From NCBI GenBank assembly GCA_963803975.1, contig CAWDOY010000008.1, forward strand, positions 1 through 64,000: a DNA stretch of 64,000 nt, in the 5' to 3' direction. Below, piece after piece: positions 40,144-50,447 of this stretch (position 1 is the first letter of the stretch; the number at the start of each line of letters is the position of its first letter). Below the pieces are notes generated by a model. The model was given only the letters and a program-made list of their open reading frames with translations. It made no database searches and had not been told where the DNA came from. The stretch comes from an uncultured delta proteobacterium (lineage in GTDB: Bacteria > Desulfobacterota > WTBG01 > CAIYCZ01). The position numbers were made by a program, and so were the translations under genes.

Positions 40144-40815
40144 CCTCACCGGCACTTGTGCAGCTGTCTATTCAGGGCCTGTTTCCCGGCTGCGTTGCCA
40201 CCGCGTGCTGCAGGATTGCTGACGCGGACGCCAAACTGGACCCGGAAGAGCACGCCGGCATTAAACACGCGGTTGCCAAGCGGCAGCAGGAGTTTATTGC
40301 GGGCCGGATATGCGCCCGGCAGGCTCTTGACCGCCTGGGTATCACCGCCGGCCCCCTGCGCAAACTGCCCGATGGCTCAATCGCGTGGCCTGACAGCATT
40401 ATGGGAACCGTATCCCACAGCGAAATATGGTGTGGCGCAGCCGTTGCCCGGCGTTGCGATGTCGCCGGCATCGGGCTTGACATTGAAACCGTCACGCGCG
40501 TGGGAGAAAATCTCTGGCGCCAGATACTGACTGAAGAAGAGCGCGCCTGGCTCGACAGGCAGCCTGTTGCAGAGGCTCAGCAATTGGTGGCCCTCATCTT
40601 CAGCGCCAAGGAGGCTCTCTACAAGTGCATTGCTGCGCTGCTTGAGAAACGAATTGGGTTTATGGATGCCGTCATTGTCCCCGATATGCAGCGGAGACTC
40701 TTTTGTTGTGAACCTGAATGAGCTGGTCGCTGCACAACTTCCCCGGGGCCTGCGCCTGCAGGGGCGTTCCTTCTTTTTTTCCGGGGCGGTCTTTACCGGC
40801 CTCGTGCTTGCCTGA
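40140..40815 (+). CDS. 4'-phosphopantetheinyl transferase (EntD/Sfp-like), frameshift near 40700
   Basis: KRQQEFIAGR.CAR.AL, WP...GTVSH, GLDIE, FSAKEALYK. Confidence 0.88.
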
Positions 40816-40922
40816 GGCGTGACGGAGAGCTTTTCAGTTGACAATTTATGGGCGGTATTTTAGATTAGCAGCTTATTAATATATTGGTAATTTTTGGCTA
40901 ATTTTAATGGGAGGTAGATGCG

Positions 40923-41855
40923 ATGGCAAAATGGGCTTTTCTTTTTCCCGGACAGGGTTCTCAGTATGTGGGCATGGGCAAGGATCTCAAGCAAAATTTC
41001 AAAGTAGCCGCTGATGTTTTTGCAGAGGCTGATGAAGCCCTGCACGAGGATCTGTCAAAACTCTGCTTTGAAGGTCCTGAAGATGACCTGAAGCTGACAC
41101 GCAACACGCAACCGGCAATCCTTACCGTCAGCATTGCCGCGCTGCGCGTTTTACAGCAGGAGACCGGCCTGGTCCCCGCAATGACAGCCGGACACAGCCT
41201 GGGTGAGTACAGCGCCCTGGTGGCCTCAGGCGCATTACAGTTTACCGATGCGGTGGCCATTGTGCGCAAGCGGGGAACTTTCATGCAGGAGGCGGTCCCG
41301 GTCGGCGTGGGCGGCATGGCAGCGGTACTGGGCATGGAGACCGAAGTGCTTGAGCAGATCTGCAGGGAAAGCGCTGAGGGCCAGGCCGTGTCACCGGCCA
41401 ATTACAACTGCCCCGGCCAGATCGTGATTTCCGGGCACATGGAGGCAGTCAAGCGGGCGGCTGCCAGGGCTGAAGCTGCGGGTGCCAAGAAGGTGGTAAT
41501 GCTGCCGGTCAGCGCTCCGTTCCATAGCGCTTTGATGAAGCCGGCAGCCGAGAAACTGGCCAGGGCACTGGAACCTGTCACCGTACAGGATCTTAAAATA
41601 CCGGTGCTGTCAAATGTTGAAGCCGACTTTTATCCCTCAAAAAATGATGTTAAGCGACTCCTCACAGAGCAGGTTGATCATCCCGTGCGCTGGATTGAGG
41701 AGATGGAAAAAATGGTCAGGGAGGGTGTGGACAAATGCGTTGAAATCGGGCCCGGAAAGGTGCTGAACGGCCTGGTGCGCAAAATCAGCCGCGAGACCGC
41801 CATGCAGAGCATTGAGAATCCTGACAGCATTAAGGATTTTGTGGCCAGCTTGTAA
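40923..41855 (+). CDS. fabD: malonyl-CoA:ACP transacylase
   Basis: FPGQGSQ, TQPA, GHSLGEY, VSAPFHS, EIGPG. Confidence 0.95.
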   Translation: MAKWAFLFPGQGSQYVGMGKDLKQNFKVAADVFAEADEALHEDLSKLCFEGPEDDLKLTRNTQPAILTVSIAALRVLQQETGLVPAMTAGHSLGEYSALVASGALQFTDAVAIVRKRGTFMQEAVPVGVGGMAAVLGMETEVLEQICRESAEGQAVSPANYNCPGQIVISGHMEAVKRAAARAEAAGAKKVVMLPVSAPFHSALMKPAAEKLARALEPVTVQDLKIPVLSNVEADFYPSKNDVKRLLTEQVDHPVRWIEEMEKMVREGVDKCVEIGPGKVLNGLVRKISRETAMQSIENPDSIKDFVASL

Positions 41856-41933
41856 TAGAATGCCTAAGGAGATGAAACAAAATCTAAACTGAGCATTTTT
41901 CACATCCACGCCGGTTCAAGGCAGCTCAGCTTT

Positions 41934-41973
41934 AATAACAAAACCGACCCTTGACAGGGTCGGTTTTGTTATT
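41934..41973. terminator. bidirectional terminator
   Basis: AATAACAAAACCGACCCT/AGGGTCGGTTTTGTTATT perfect inverted repeat between convergent genes. Confidence 0.85.
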
Positions 41974-41995
41974 TGTGTCGTATACTATTTAATAG

Positions 41996-42241
41996 CTACT
42001 TTTCGGAGAGCATCTTCATGACCAGATCGACAGCCTGATTGAAGGTTTCGACCTTGTCCTGCTCATCCCCATCAAAAAACAGGGCCCATTCGTCTTCGCA
42101 CATGGTAAAGAATTCAAGCCTGCCGGAGGAGCTTAAGCCCTGATCGCGCATCGGGACATCCGGCTTGATCTCTGCAGCCTTGTTGGCCAAGGCCCTTCTG
42201 ATGAACACTATCATTTTATCAGCTAATTCCTGTCGTTCCAT
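41996..42241 (-). CDS. acyl carrier protein-like
   Basis: 81 aa; I.PD....D.GLSS....E.....EDEW.....D.....V.T....VD pattern; RBS AGGAG. Confidence 0.7.
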   Translation of the reverse strand: MERQELADKMIVFIRRALANKAAEIKPDVPMRDQGLSSSGRLEFFTMCEDEWALFFDGDEQDKVETFNQAVDLVMKMLSEK

Positions 42242-42289
42242 TTCTGTCTCCTTGTTTGTGTGTAATTACCCAAGAACCGTCAGGCTGTC

Positions 42290-43675
42290 TTACTTCCCAA
42301 ATTTATCCCAGTGGGATTTAAAGATATTGTTCTCATCAGGCTTATTTTCCGGAATCGGTGAGGAAACCCAGGTGTAGTTGACCATATGCTTCCACGTGAT
42401 GTTCTCATTGGAAATGTTGTTGCCCCAGGTGCCACAGCTCAGGGACATGGTAAAGGGCATGCCGTTGGTGAACGCGCCGCTGTTGGCAAGGCACTGCGGC
42501 TGCCGGACCATCATCCGGCTGACATGGGCCATTTCGGCGAGCTCTTTGATCCGCTCCTCGTTCACGCTGTGGATGCTGCAGCAGTGGCCTTCGCCGCGAA
42601 CCGCCAGTATCTGCTTGAGGTAGTCCAGCGCCTCGCTGAAGGCGGAGAATTTCCAGAGCGTCATGGTCGGCGACAGCTTTTCGTCAGCAAACTTTTCCGT
42701 GCTGACCGGGGCTTCCCCCAGCACCATGAGAAAAGTGGTATTCTCCGGGACCGTGATGCCGGCAATTTCAGCGATTACTTTAGCTGACCGGGCAACGACC
42801 TTCTGGTTGATGTGTTCGCCGTCAGGCCAGAGGGCCTCTTTCAGTTTTACTTTCTCCTCAGGTGAACACAGATAGCCGCCCCGGGCCTTAAATCCAGCCA
42901 GCATGCCGTCCCATTTTGAGGCATGGATAACAGCCGAGTTTTCAGCGGAACAGGAGGTGGCATTGTCAAAGGTCTTGCTCAGGAATATCTTTTCAGCGGC
43001 ATCTTCCACATCAGCGGTCTCATCAACAATGCTGACTGAGTTGCCGGCCCCGACGCCATAGGCAGGCTTGCCGCTTGAATAGGCGGCCTTTACCGACTGG
43101 GTTCCGCCGGTTGAGATTACCAGGTCAGCGGCAGCCATCAGGGCCTGAATGTCCTCAATGTAGGGCCGTTCCATGCACTGCAGCAGATCGGCCGGTGCGC
43201 CTACCTTTTCCAGGCCGGCGCGCATGAAATCAACGGCCAGCGTGCTGCACCGCCGTGCGATCATGTGGGGTGCAAAGATAATTGCGTTGCGTGTCTTCAG
43301 GGCATAGATTCCCTTGACCACCGGCGTGGCGGTGGGGTTGGTGCAGGGGGTTGGCGCGAAGATGACGCCGACGGGCTTGATGACCTTGAAAATGCCCCTG
43401 GCCTTGTCCTCGTCAACAATGCCGGTGGTCTTGACGCCGACCATGTCCCGCAGCGCGCCCAGGGCTTTGTTGCGGTGCTTGGCCAGCTTATTTTCATAGA
43501 CCCCCATCTTGGTTTCCTTGACCGCCATATCTGCGCATTTGGCGGCATGTTCGGGCTTGATGGCCTCCCAGGCAGCGGCCAAAACCATTTCATCAACTTT
43601 TTCCTGAGACCAGTGTTCCACGACAGCCTGCGCCTTGCGCGCCTTGTCAAGCAGTTGTTGCAGTTCTTCCTTCAT
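42290..43675 (-). CDS. CoA-acylating aldehyde dehydrogenase (AdhE N-domain/SauS-like)
   Basis: PVGVI...P.TNP, TGG, GVGAGN, SKTFDNATSCSAEN catalytic Cys, EKLSP, LSCGTWG. Confidence 0.9.
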   Translation of the reverse strand: MKEELQQLLDKARKAQAVVEHWSQEKVDEMVLAAAWEAIKPEHAAKCADMAVKETKMGVYENKLAKHRNKALGALRDMVGVKTTGIVDEDKARGIFKVIKPVGVIFAPTPCTNPTATPVVKGIYALKTRNAIIFAPHMIARRCSTLAVDFMRAGLEKVGAPADLLQCMERPYIEDIQALMAAADLVISTGGTQSVKAAYSSGKPAYGVGAGNSVSIVDETADVEDAAEKIFLSKTFDNATSCSAENSAVIHASKWDGMLAGFKARGGYLCSPEEKVKLKEALWPDGEHINQKVVARSAKVIAEIAGITVPENTTFLMVLGEAPVSTEKFADEKLSPTMTLWKFSAFSEALDYLKQILAVRGEGHCCSIHSVNEERIKELAEMAHVSRMMVRQPQCLANSGAFTNGMPFTMSLSCGTWGNNISNENITWKHMVNYTWVSSPIPENKPDENNIFKSHWDKFGK

Positions 43676-44053
43676 GATGCCTCCATACGTGTTAGAATGT
43701 TACTCGTAAAGCAGCACGCGGATGCGTCTTGCAGCGGAAGGTGCCTTGCACCATCCGCTGCACTGCTCTTTCCCCGTTGGTCAGGGATTATCGTTCACTG
43801 AGATATTTTTCAAGACATCGAAAACCTGCGGGGGATGTCCTGTTCGCTACTCGTACTGCGTCGAACCGGTGTTTGTGAAGGAGGGTAAAAGCACGTGTTT
43901 TTTGGTCTTAAAGATGAGATATGTATGGAAGATGGCGCACTGCAGTGGTACCGCCCTTGTCCATCAGCTGCGTATGCAGTATATGCTTTTTACTTCTCCC
44001 GGCGCAGTAAGCAAGACGTTACATAATCCTGTAAATTATGAGTTTACTTTGTT

Positions 44054-44149
44054 TTTATATACGCTGGGAAGCGATATGTCAAGAATTAAAAGGATCTTCC
44101 GCAAGCGGCATATTTAACTCTTGACCGTATATGTTAAACTATTTATATG
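44054..44149. promoter_or_regulatory. divergent sigma70 promoters for the ALDH-ACP operon and nfnAB
   Basis: Minus TTGACA-17 nt-TATAAA (44082-44054); plus TTGACC-17 nt-TATATG (44121-44149). Confidence 0.6.
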
Positions 44150-44218
44150 AGTATATTTTGAGCAGTATGCAGAAGATACCTGCAACGCTCTGCTGCAGAA
44201 ACATGAAAGGAGCAAAAC

Positions 44219-45070
44219 GTGTTCAGAATTTTAGAAACAAGGGAGATGGCGCAGGGTACCGTATTTCAGTTCTTGGTGGCTGCCCCGCTCATTGCCCGGA
44301 AAACCCTGCCGGGCCAGTTTGTGCTGCTGCGGGTGAATGAAACCGGAGAGCGCATGCCATTAACCATTGCGGACCGTGACCCGGCTGCCGGTACCATTAC
44401 CCTGATATTTCAGGTGGTGGGAAAAACCACGGCTTTGATGAGCACCCTGAAAGCAGGAGATTGTCTGACAGATGTCGTCGGACCGCTGGGAAAGCCCACG
44501 CACATTGAACGTCTGGGAACCGTCGTATGCGTCGGCGGCGGAACCGGGATTGCAGTGCTCTACCCGATAACCAGGGCGTTTAAGGAGAGCGGCAACCATG
44601 TCATTTCAATACTGGGTGCGCGCAGCAAAGGGCTTTTGATCCTGGAGAAAGAGATGCGCGCGGTCAGCGATGAGCTCCTGATCACTACCGATGACGGCAC
44701 CTGCGGCGAGCACGGGTTTGTGACTGATGTGCTGCGCAGGCTGCTCACTGACCGCAGCGATATAAAGCTTATCACTGCAACCGGGCCGGTGTTGATGATG
44801 AAATTTGTTTCCCTGCTGGCCCGGGAATTCGGGGTGCCGTCCATGGCCAGCCTGAACTCAATCATGGTCGACGGCACCGGCATGTGCGGAGCGTGCCGCG
44901 TTACCGTGGGCGGAAAGACCAAATTTGCCTGTGTGGACGGGCCGGAGTTTGACGGCGCGCACATTGACTATGATGAACTGATAAAGCGTCAGCGCGCCTA
45001 CCTGAATGAAGAGCGGGTTTCCCTCGACAGCTTTACCCTGAAGGCAAAGAAAGGTGCAGGACATGACTGA
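44219..45070 (+). CDS. nfnA: electron-bifurcating transhydrogenase small subunit
   Basis: PGQFV, GER.PLTIAD, GPLG, GGGTG, MVDGTGMCGACRV...CVDGPEFD. Confidence 0.9.
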   Translation: MFRILETREMAQGTVFQFLVAAPLIARKTLPGQFVLLRVNETGERMPLTIADRDPAAGTITLIFQVVGKTTALMSTLKAGDCLTDVVGPLGKPTHIERLGTVVCVGGGTGIAVLYPITRAFKESGNHVISILGARSKGLLILEKEMRAVSDELLITTDDGTCGEHGFVTDVLRRLLTDRSDIKLITATGPVLMMKFVSLLAREFGVPSMASLNSIMVDGTGMCGACRVTVGGKTKFACVDGPEFDGAHIDYDELIKRQRAYLNEERVSLDSFTLKAKKGAGHD

Positions 45071-46466
45071 GCAGAAGAAAAAAGAAAAAATTCCCCGGCA
45101 GAAAATGCCGGAACAGGACCCCGCGGTGCGGGCGCGTAATTTTGCAGAGGTTCCCTGCGGGTATACACCGGAGCTTGCGCAGCTGGAGGCGCGCCGCTGC
45201 CTGCAGTGCAAAAAACCAAAGTGCCGCGACGGGTGCCCGGTTGAAATTGAAATCCCCAACTTCATCGCGCTGATTGCCGAGGGTGATTTTGCCGGAGCAG
45301 CACGCAAGCTGAAAGAGCGCAACAGCCTGCCTGCCGTGTGCGGAAGAGTCTGCCCCCAGGAAGACCAGTGTGAAAAACTCTGTATTGTGGGGAAGAAGGA
45401 CGAGCCGGTTGCCATCGGCAGACTGGAGCGCTTTGCCGCTGATTGGGAGCGGGAGCGCGGCAAACTTTTCATTCCTCCCAAAGCACCTCCCACGGGCAAA
45501 AAGGTTGCGGTAGTGGGGGCCGGCCCCGCCGGGTTGACGGTAGCGGGTGACCTCATTCTGCAGGGCCATGACGTGACTATTTTTGAAGCGCTGCACCAGG
45601 CTGGCGGGGTGCTTGTGTATGGTATCCCTGAATTTCGTCTGCCGAAAAAAATTGTTCAATATGAGATTGACTACCTGCAGAAGCTTGGCGTTGACCTCAA
45701 ACTCAATCATGTAATCGGGAAAATAATCACTGCAGACGAACTGCTCCGGGAATTTGATGCTGTCTTCCTCGGCCTTGGAGCGGGCCTGCCGCAATTTATG
45801 AACATTCCGGGCGAAAACCTGTGCAACATTTATTCTGCCAACGAGTACTTGACCCGGTCTAACCTGATGAAGGCCTACCTGTTCCCGGAATACGACACAC
45901 CGGTTGCCCGCGGCAGACAGGTTGCGGTTATCGGCGCAGGAAACGTTGCCATGGACTCGGCCCGCACCGCGCTGCGCCTTGGTGCTGAACAGGTGCGGAT
46001 TGTGTACCGCCGCTCACGGGCTGAAATGCCGGCACGACTCGAGGAGATTCATCACGCAGAAGAAGAAGGTCTCCAGTTTCATTTTCTCACGGCGCCCATA
46101 AAATGTATCGGCAATGAGGATGGCTGGGTAACCGGCATGGAGTGCATCCGTATGGAACTGGGCGAACCGGATGCTTCGGGCAGGCGCAGGCCAATACCGC
46201 TGCAGGGTTCTGAATTCATTATGGCGTGTGATCTGCTGGTGATAGCTATCGGAGCAGGCGCCAACCCTCTGCTCGCCAATGCCACACCGGGGCTTGAGTT
46301 GAATAAGTGGGGCTATATTGTTGCCCGTGATGAAAACGGCGCAACCAGTAAACCGGCGGTCTGGGCGGGTGGTGATATTGTTACCGGTTCGGCAACGGTG
46401 ATCCTTGCCATGGGTGCCGGCAGGAAAGCTGCCAATGCAATACACCAGTATTTGACGAACAGATAA
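45063..46466 (+). CDS. nfnB: electron-bifurcating transhydrogenase large subunit (GltD-like)
   Basis: RCLQCKKP.C..GCPV, CGRVCPQE.QCE, GAGPAG, GAGNVAMD, GGDIVTGSATV; overlaps nfnA. Confidence 0.9.
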   Translation: MTEQKKKEKIPRQKMPEQDPAVRARNFAEVPCGYTPELAQLEARRCLQCKKPKCRDGCPVEIEIPNFIALIAEGDFAGAARKLKERNSLPAVCGRVCPQEDQCEKLCIVGKKDEPVAIGRLERFAADWERERGKLFIPPKAPPTGKKVAVVGAGPAGLTVAGDLILQGHDVTIFEALHQAGGVLVYGIPEFRLPKKIVQYEIDYLQKLGVDLKLNHVIGKIITADELLREFDAVFLGLGAGLPQFMNIPGENLCNIYSANEYLTRSNLMKAYLFPEYDTPVARGRQVAVIGAGNVAMDSARTALRLGAEQVRIVYRRSRAEMPARLEEIHHAEEEGLQFHFLTAPIKCIGNEDGWVTGMECIRMELGEPDASGRRRPIPLQGSEFIMACDLLVIAIGAGANPLLANATPGLELNKWGYIVARDENGATSKPAVWAGGDIVTGSATVILAMGAGRKAANAIHQYLTNR

Positions 46467-46486
46467 CAGGTTTTAGAGTAACCACG

Positions 46487-46524
46487 AAAAAAGGGAAGGC
46501 GAAAAATAAGCACCTTCCCTTTTT
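46487..46524. terminator. bidirectional terminator
   Basis: AAAAAGGGAAGG/CCTTCCCTTTTT between convergent genes. Confidence 0.75.
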
Positions 46525-46544
46525 CTATTATATATACCAGTACA

Positions 46545-47000
46545 TTACTCTACAATAATTTGCCCCTTTGATACTCTGGGCGCTGCAGTGGGGTTTTGCG
46601 CCGGTGTTTCCTGGGTAACGGTATAATCAAACGTGCCCTTTTCAACAAAGCACAGGCTCGCTACAGCTCCCGGTGGAATTTCATTGGAGGTAAAAGAACC
46701 GGCTTCATCAACAAGAAAGTGCACCGGGCTTTTGCAGGCCAGGGTGACCTGTTTGCCGGTGAATTTAATTTTAGCTATGCTCCGGCCGGAATTCATCCAG
46801 ATAACCGTGGTGCCCTTTTGAACTGTTACCGTCGCCGGGTCAACCCCAAAAGTGTAATTGAGGCGAATAACCTGATGCCCTGTTCCCTTCATTTCCGGCA
46901 CAATTTTCTCATTCTGGGCTTGGACACTGGTAAAGGAAGATAGCATCGCAAAGCATGCTACCATAGCCAACAATAAACAAAAAAATCTAATCGCTTTCAT
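46545..47000 (-). CDS. secreted cupredoxin-fold protein without a type-1 Cu motif (copy 2)
   Basis: Signal peptide; P.TVTVQKGTTVIW.N, S..IPPG, F..KGTFDY, KG.IIVE. Confidence 0.75.
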   Translation of the reverse strand: MKAIRFFCLLLAMVACFAMLSSFTSVQAQNEKIVPEMKGTGHQVIRLNYTFGVDPATVTVQKGTTVIWMNSGRSIAKIKFTGKQVTLACKSPVHFLVDEAGSFTSNEIPPGAVASLCFVEKGTFDYTVTQETPAQNPTAAPRVSKGQIIVE

Positions 47001-47028
47001 AATAGTAGTTTCCCTTCCTATATCAAAA

Positions 47029-47499
47029 TTACTCCACAATAACCTTCCCCTTGAACTCCTTGGGCGTTGCCTTATAGGATTGGCTGGGTTTGAGTGCCCT
47101 TCTCACGGCATAGTTAAAGTTCCCCTTCTCAATAAAACAGAGACTTGCCACTGCTCCCATGGGAATATTGTTGGAGATGAAAGATCCCTTATCATCAACG
47201 ACAAAATGGACAGGGTTCTGGCAGGCCATGGTAATCTGTTTTCCCTCAAACTGAATTTCCACCGGACTGTCAGCCTGATTAACCCAGATAACTGTGGTTC
47301 CTGGTTTGACGGTAGCCATTGACGGATTTAATTGCCCCTGGGCACCCATGTAAATAATCTGCGCCCCTTCAATTTTCTTCTCAGGCTGTATTTTGTCGCT
47401 CTTTTCTGCCTGACTAAATGCACTATCAACCGATGCTACTAAACCAAAACACAGACATATTACGATCGCTAACCAGATTTTGCTCATTGCTTTCATCAT
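47029..47499 (-). CDS. secreted cupredoxin-fold protein without a type-1 Cu motif (copy 1)
   Basis: Tandem paralog: TVKPGTTVIWVN, ACQNPVHF, GAVASLCF.EKG.F.Y, KGKVIVE. Confidence 0.75.
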   Translation of the reverse strand: MMKAMSKIWLAIVICLCFGLVASVDSAFSQAEKSDKIQPEKKIEGAQIIYMGAQGQLNPSMATVKPGTTVIWVNQADSPVEIQFEGKQITMACQNPVHFVVDDKGSFISNNIPMGAVASLCFIEKGNFNYAVRRALKPSQSYKATPKEFKGKVIVE

Positions 47500-47817
47500 C
47501 AATTCCCTCCTTCTAGTGTTTTACAAAATTAACCCAGACAATCTTGACCCTATAAAAATTTTCTTAAACACTGTATCTTATATTCTACTCTATCAGAATC
47601 AGGACAATTTTTCAATAATGCGGTTTTTTCAACCAGGCTATTTACCGTGTAACATAGCAAATTAAAATAGTTAGTCAACTTTAAAATATATAAAAATTAT
47701 TATGCCATAGGATTTTCTGGCAATCATAATAATATAGCAGGTAAATTAATGAGTTAAACACGTTGGAAAGCACCTGAAAATTTATCTGGACGGGTCACGA
47801 TAAGAGAGGGATGAAAT

Positions 47818-47867
47818 CAAAAAAAGGTAAAAGGCAGGAGCCATTACAACCTCTGCCTTTTACCTTC
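47818..47867 (-). terminator. rho-independent terminator
   Basis: AAGGTAAAAGGCAG/CTGCCTTTTACCTT stem, T-run on minus. Confidence 0.75.
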
Positions 47868-47897
47868 ACGCATGAGTTCTTAAAAAAGCGATGTACC

Positions 47898-48356
47898 CTA
47901 CGGGTGCTGTTTGGCTGGGGGATTTACGCTTTGCAAATCGCCACAGCTGCGGTCCGCGGGGTAGGTGCAGACTTTTAAAATCCGGAGGCTAACATCCGGG
48001 TCACTGAGTGCGGCCAGTCTTTTATTGAGCTTCCCGGCTACTGACGCTGCCCCCTCTTGATCGGTGTCCGGCAGTAGCACGCTAATGCAGTTATTATCGA
48101 GGATGCCAATGCGATCTATCATCCGCAGCGATTGAGAGAGCTGTCTGGCTGCTGACAGCTCTAATTGTTCCGTGTGCCCGTTGCCCCCGATTACCGCGAC
48201 ATGCAGCAGGGAGAAGGGAGCGCCGCCCCGGTCTGAGCGCTCCCGCTCATAACGCACCAATTGCGCAAAGGTGGTGTGGTCAAGGACATTGTGCGCAGCT
48301 GCTTTGGCGTTTTTAGCACCGCCGTTTAGAGCTTTTAAATTTAGCCGTGCGTTCAT
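47898..48356 (-). CDS. degenerate GGDEF-like domain protein
   Basis: F...V.YE.ERSDR...PFSLL, LR..D.IG, VLLPDT..EGA..VA.KL; GGDEF replaced by LDNNC. Confidence 0.65.
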   Translation of the reverse strand: MNARLNLKALNGGAKNAKAAAHNVLDHTTFAQLVRYERERSDRGGAPFSLLHVAVIGGNGHTEQLELSAARQLSQSLRMIDRIGILDNNCISVLLPDTDQEGAASVAGKLNKRLAALSDPDVSLRILKVCTYPADRSCGDLQSVNPPAKQHP

Positions 48357-48650
48357 AAAGGCTTTAATAAATTACCGATTTGTGCTTCTTTGGTATTGTC
48401 TGCTGACTGCCTGAAGTTAATAAGCAGGCAATCAGCAGGGGTTGATTATTTTTTTATCTCCTGCTAAATTAATTATCGGCAATTTATACAATTTATAAAG
48501 TATAAAAAATCAGGGGTAACACTGTCGATGGATGGTACGCGAGATTACCCTTGAGAAAATCGAGGGGAAATCGAGGGACATCCCACAATACGTGATATTA
48601 AAACTACCAACGGAGATTATTGTTAGTGGCCGTCCCTGATAAACCGGAGT

Positions 48651-50332
48651 TCAATTACCGCCGGTGGTGAAGTTCCACTGCGGCCCCGGGGTTTCATAGC
48701 CGCCGGCGTCCCGGGCGACTATTTTCCAGAAGTAGGTGGTGCGGGGAGACAGGCCGGATACTGTGCAGGCCGTTTCCGCCTGATTGCACGACACAATGTG
48801 AAACTCGATATGATGCAGCGTCATCACGCCTGTGTAAACATCATAGGTTACCCCGTCTCCCGCGTCCGGGTCGCCGCCTTCCCAGCGCAGGGTGACAGGC
48901 ACCGGATTGTCCCTGCTGCCGTTCCCGGGAGTTGGTGACGCGGGAACAAGCGGCGCGCAGTTGCCGCCGCCGGTTAAACTGATATCAACATGCACTGCCG
49001 CGCCGGGCTGTACGGCTATATCGAGCATCCAGGCAGGCGCAAAGCAGTTTTTCCGGGCATGGATCATGTACCTGCCCTGCGGTACGCACAGCTCAAAGGT
49101 GCCGTCGCTGTCCGTTTTTGCCAGGTACGACGCGGCTGTGACAAGGACTCCGGCCAGCGGTGCGGCATTGGCCGCGCTTACTATCCGGCCCGAAATACTG
49201 CCGGAGTGTTTCACACGTGTAAGAACGTAAATTTCGTTGTCCACATCGGACACACCCTCGACAATGCCCGTGCCATAGTAAACAATAGTGGAGCCGTTTC
49301 CCGAGATAAAGGGCCGGAACCCGGACGTCACTCCGCGAGTAAGATTCACCGGTGTCTGCCAGGTTCCCTGCACATAGTCAGCTGCATAAATATGTTCACC
49401 AACCCCGGGGACTGCTTCGGCATAGGTGATGCGCCTGCCTGTCGCGTCAATCGTCGGGTCGAATTCATAGTAGGGCCCCGTGGCAATGGGGAGCGGCGGC
49501 TGCCAGACGCCGTCTTTATTCTCAAGCAGGAATACGTCCGCCAGTGCGCCCGGCAGCACATGGGGCAGGAAAACTTTGCCGGTTGAGTAGTAAACGATCT
49601 TTGTGCCGTCGGCATTTATCGACGGCTGGCAATTCTGCGCCTGGCTAGCGGTGAGGTTGAACGGTCCCTGCCACGCGCCGGCCTGTAAGCTTAGGCTGTA
49701 CATGTCCCGAAAGCCGTCTTTGTTGACCGCGTAATAGGCGATGGTTGTGCCGTTGGCGCTGATCACCGGAAACATGTTGTTGTCGGTTTCCGCCGGCATC
49801 ATGAGGGGTTCCTGCCATGCACCCGCTTTTCGCTCCATAAACCAGATGTAGCGCTTTTCTGTCGGGTCTTTCGCCTGAAAGGTGATTCTGGTGCCGTTGG
49901 CGTTCAGGGAAGGGAAATAGTGGTCGTCGGGGCCGAATGTCAGCTGTATCGGCTGCTGCCAGCTGCCGAACGCATGCTCCATGAAAAAGATTTTCCGGTC
50001 ATCAACAGTCCCCCCGATATATGCTATGGCACTGCCGTCAGCGCTGATCGCCGGCATGGTGTCAGGCGTATCATTGTCAGTGAGCCGGCGCGGCTCCTGC
50101 CATGCGCCGCCGGCAAATTCCAGGAGAACTATCTCATAATCTCCGCCCTCATCGCTTGCATACACGATTGTTCTGCCGTCGCTGCTTATCGCGGCGGTCT
50201 CGTCAGAATAGATATTGTCGGTAGCTTCACCGGGGACAGCCAGCGGCTGTCATCAGCGCACCCGGCAAGAAGGGTAAGAATAAAGAAGACAGCGGCATTC
50301 GCCGCCATCCGGCTCGTGAGGGCAGCTTTCAT
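48651..50332 (-). CDS. lipoprotein with TolB/PD40-like beta-propeller, carboxypeptidase-regulatory-like and FN3-like domains (frameshift near 50220)
   Basis: MKAALT...LLAGC lipobox; repeated W..P..LT......P.IS.DG..I.Y blades; G.ISG.I...PLAG; L.W...DPD..D.VTYDVY...YFWKIVARD. Confidence 0.78.
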
Positions 50333-50447
50333 AAAAATGCCTCGCGGGGTTATTGGGGAATGGTTGTTTCTATTTTATCAGAACCGTACTGATGTACTGA
50401 AAATCATTTAAGTATCGTTGTTATTCCATTTTTCTATTATACAGGAA

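Noticed and set aside
45063..46466. Glutamate synthase small subunit (gltD) call
   Set aside because: No gltB nearby, and it overlaps an NfnA-type gene, so NfnB fits better
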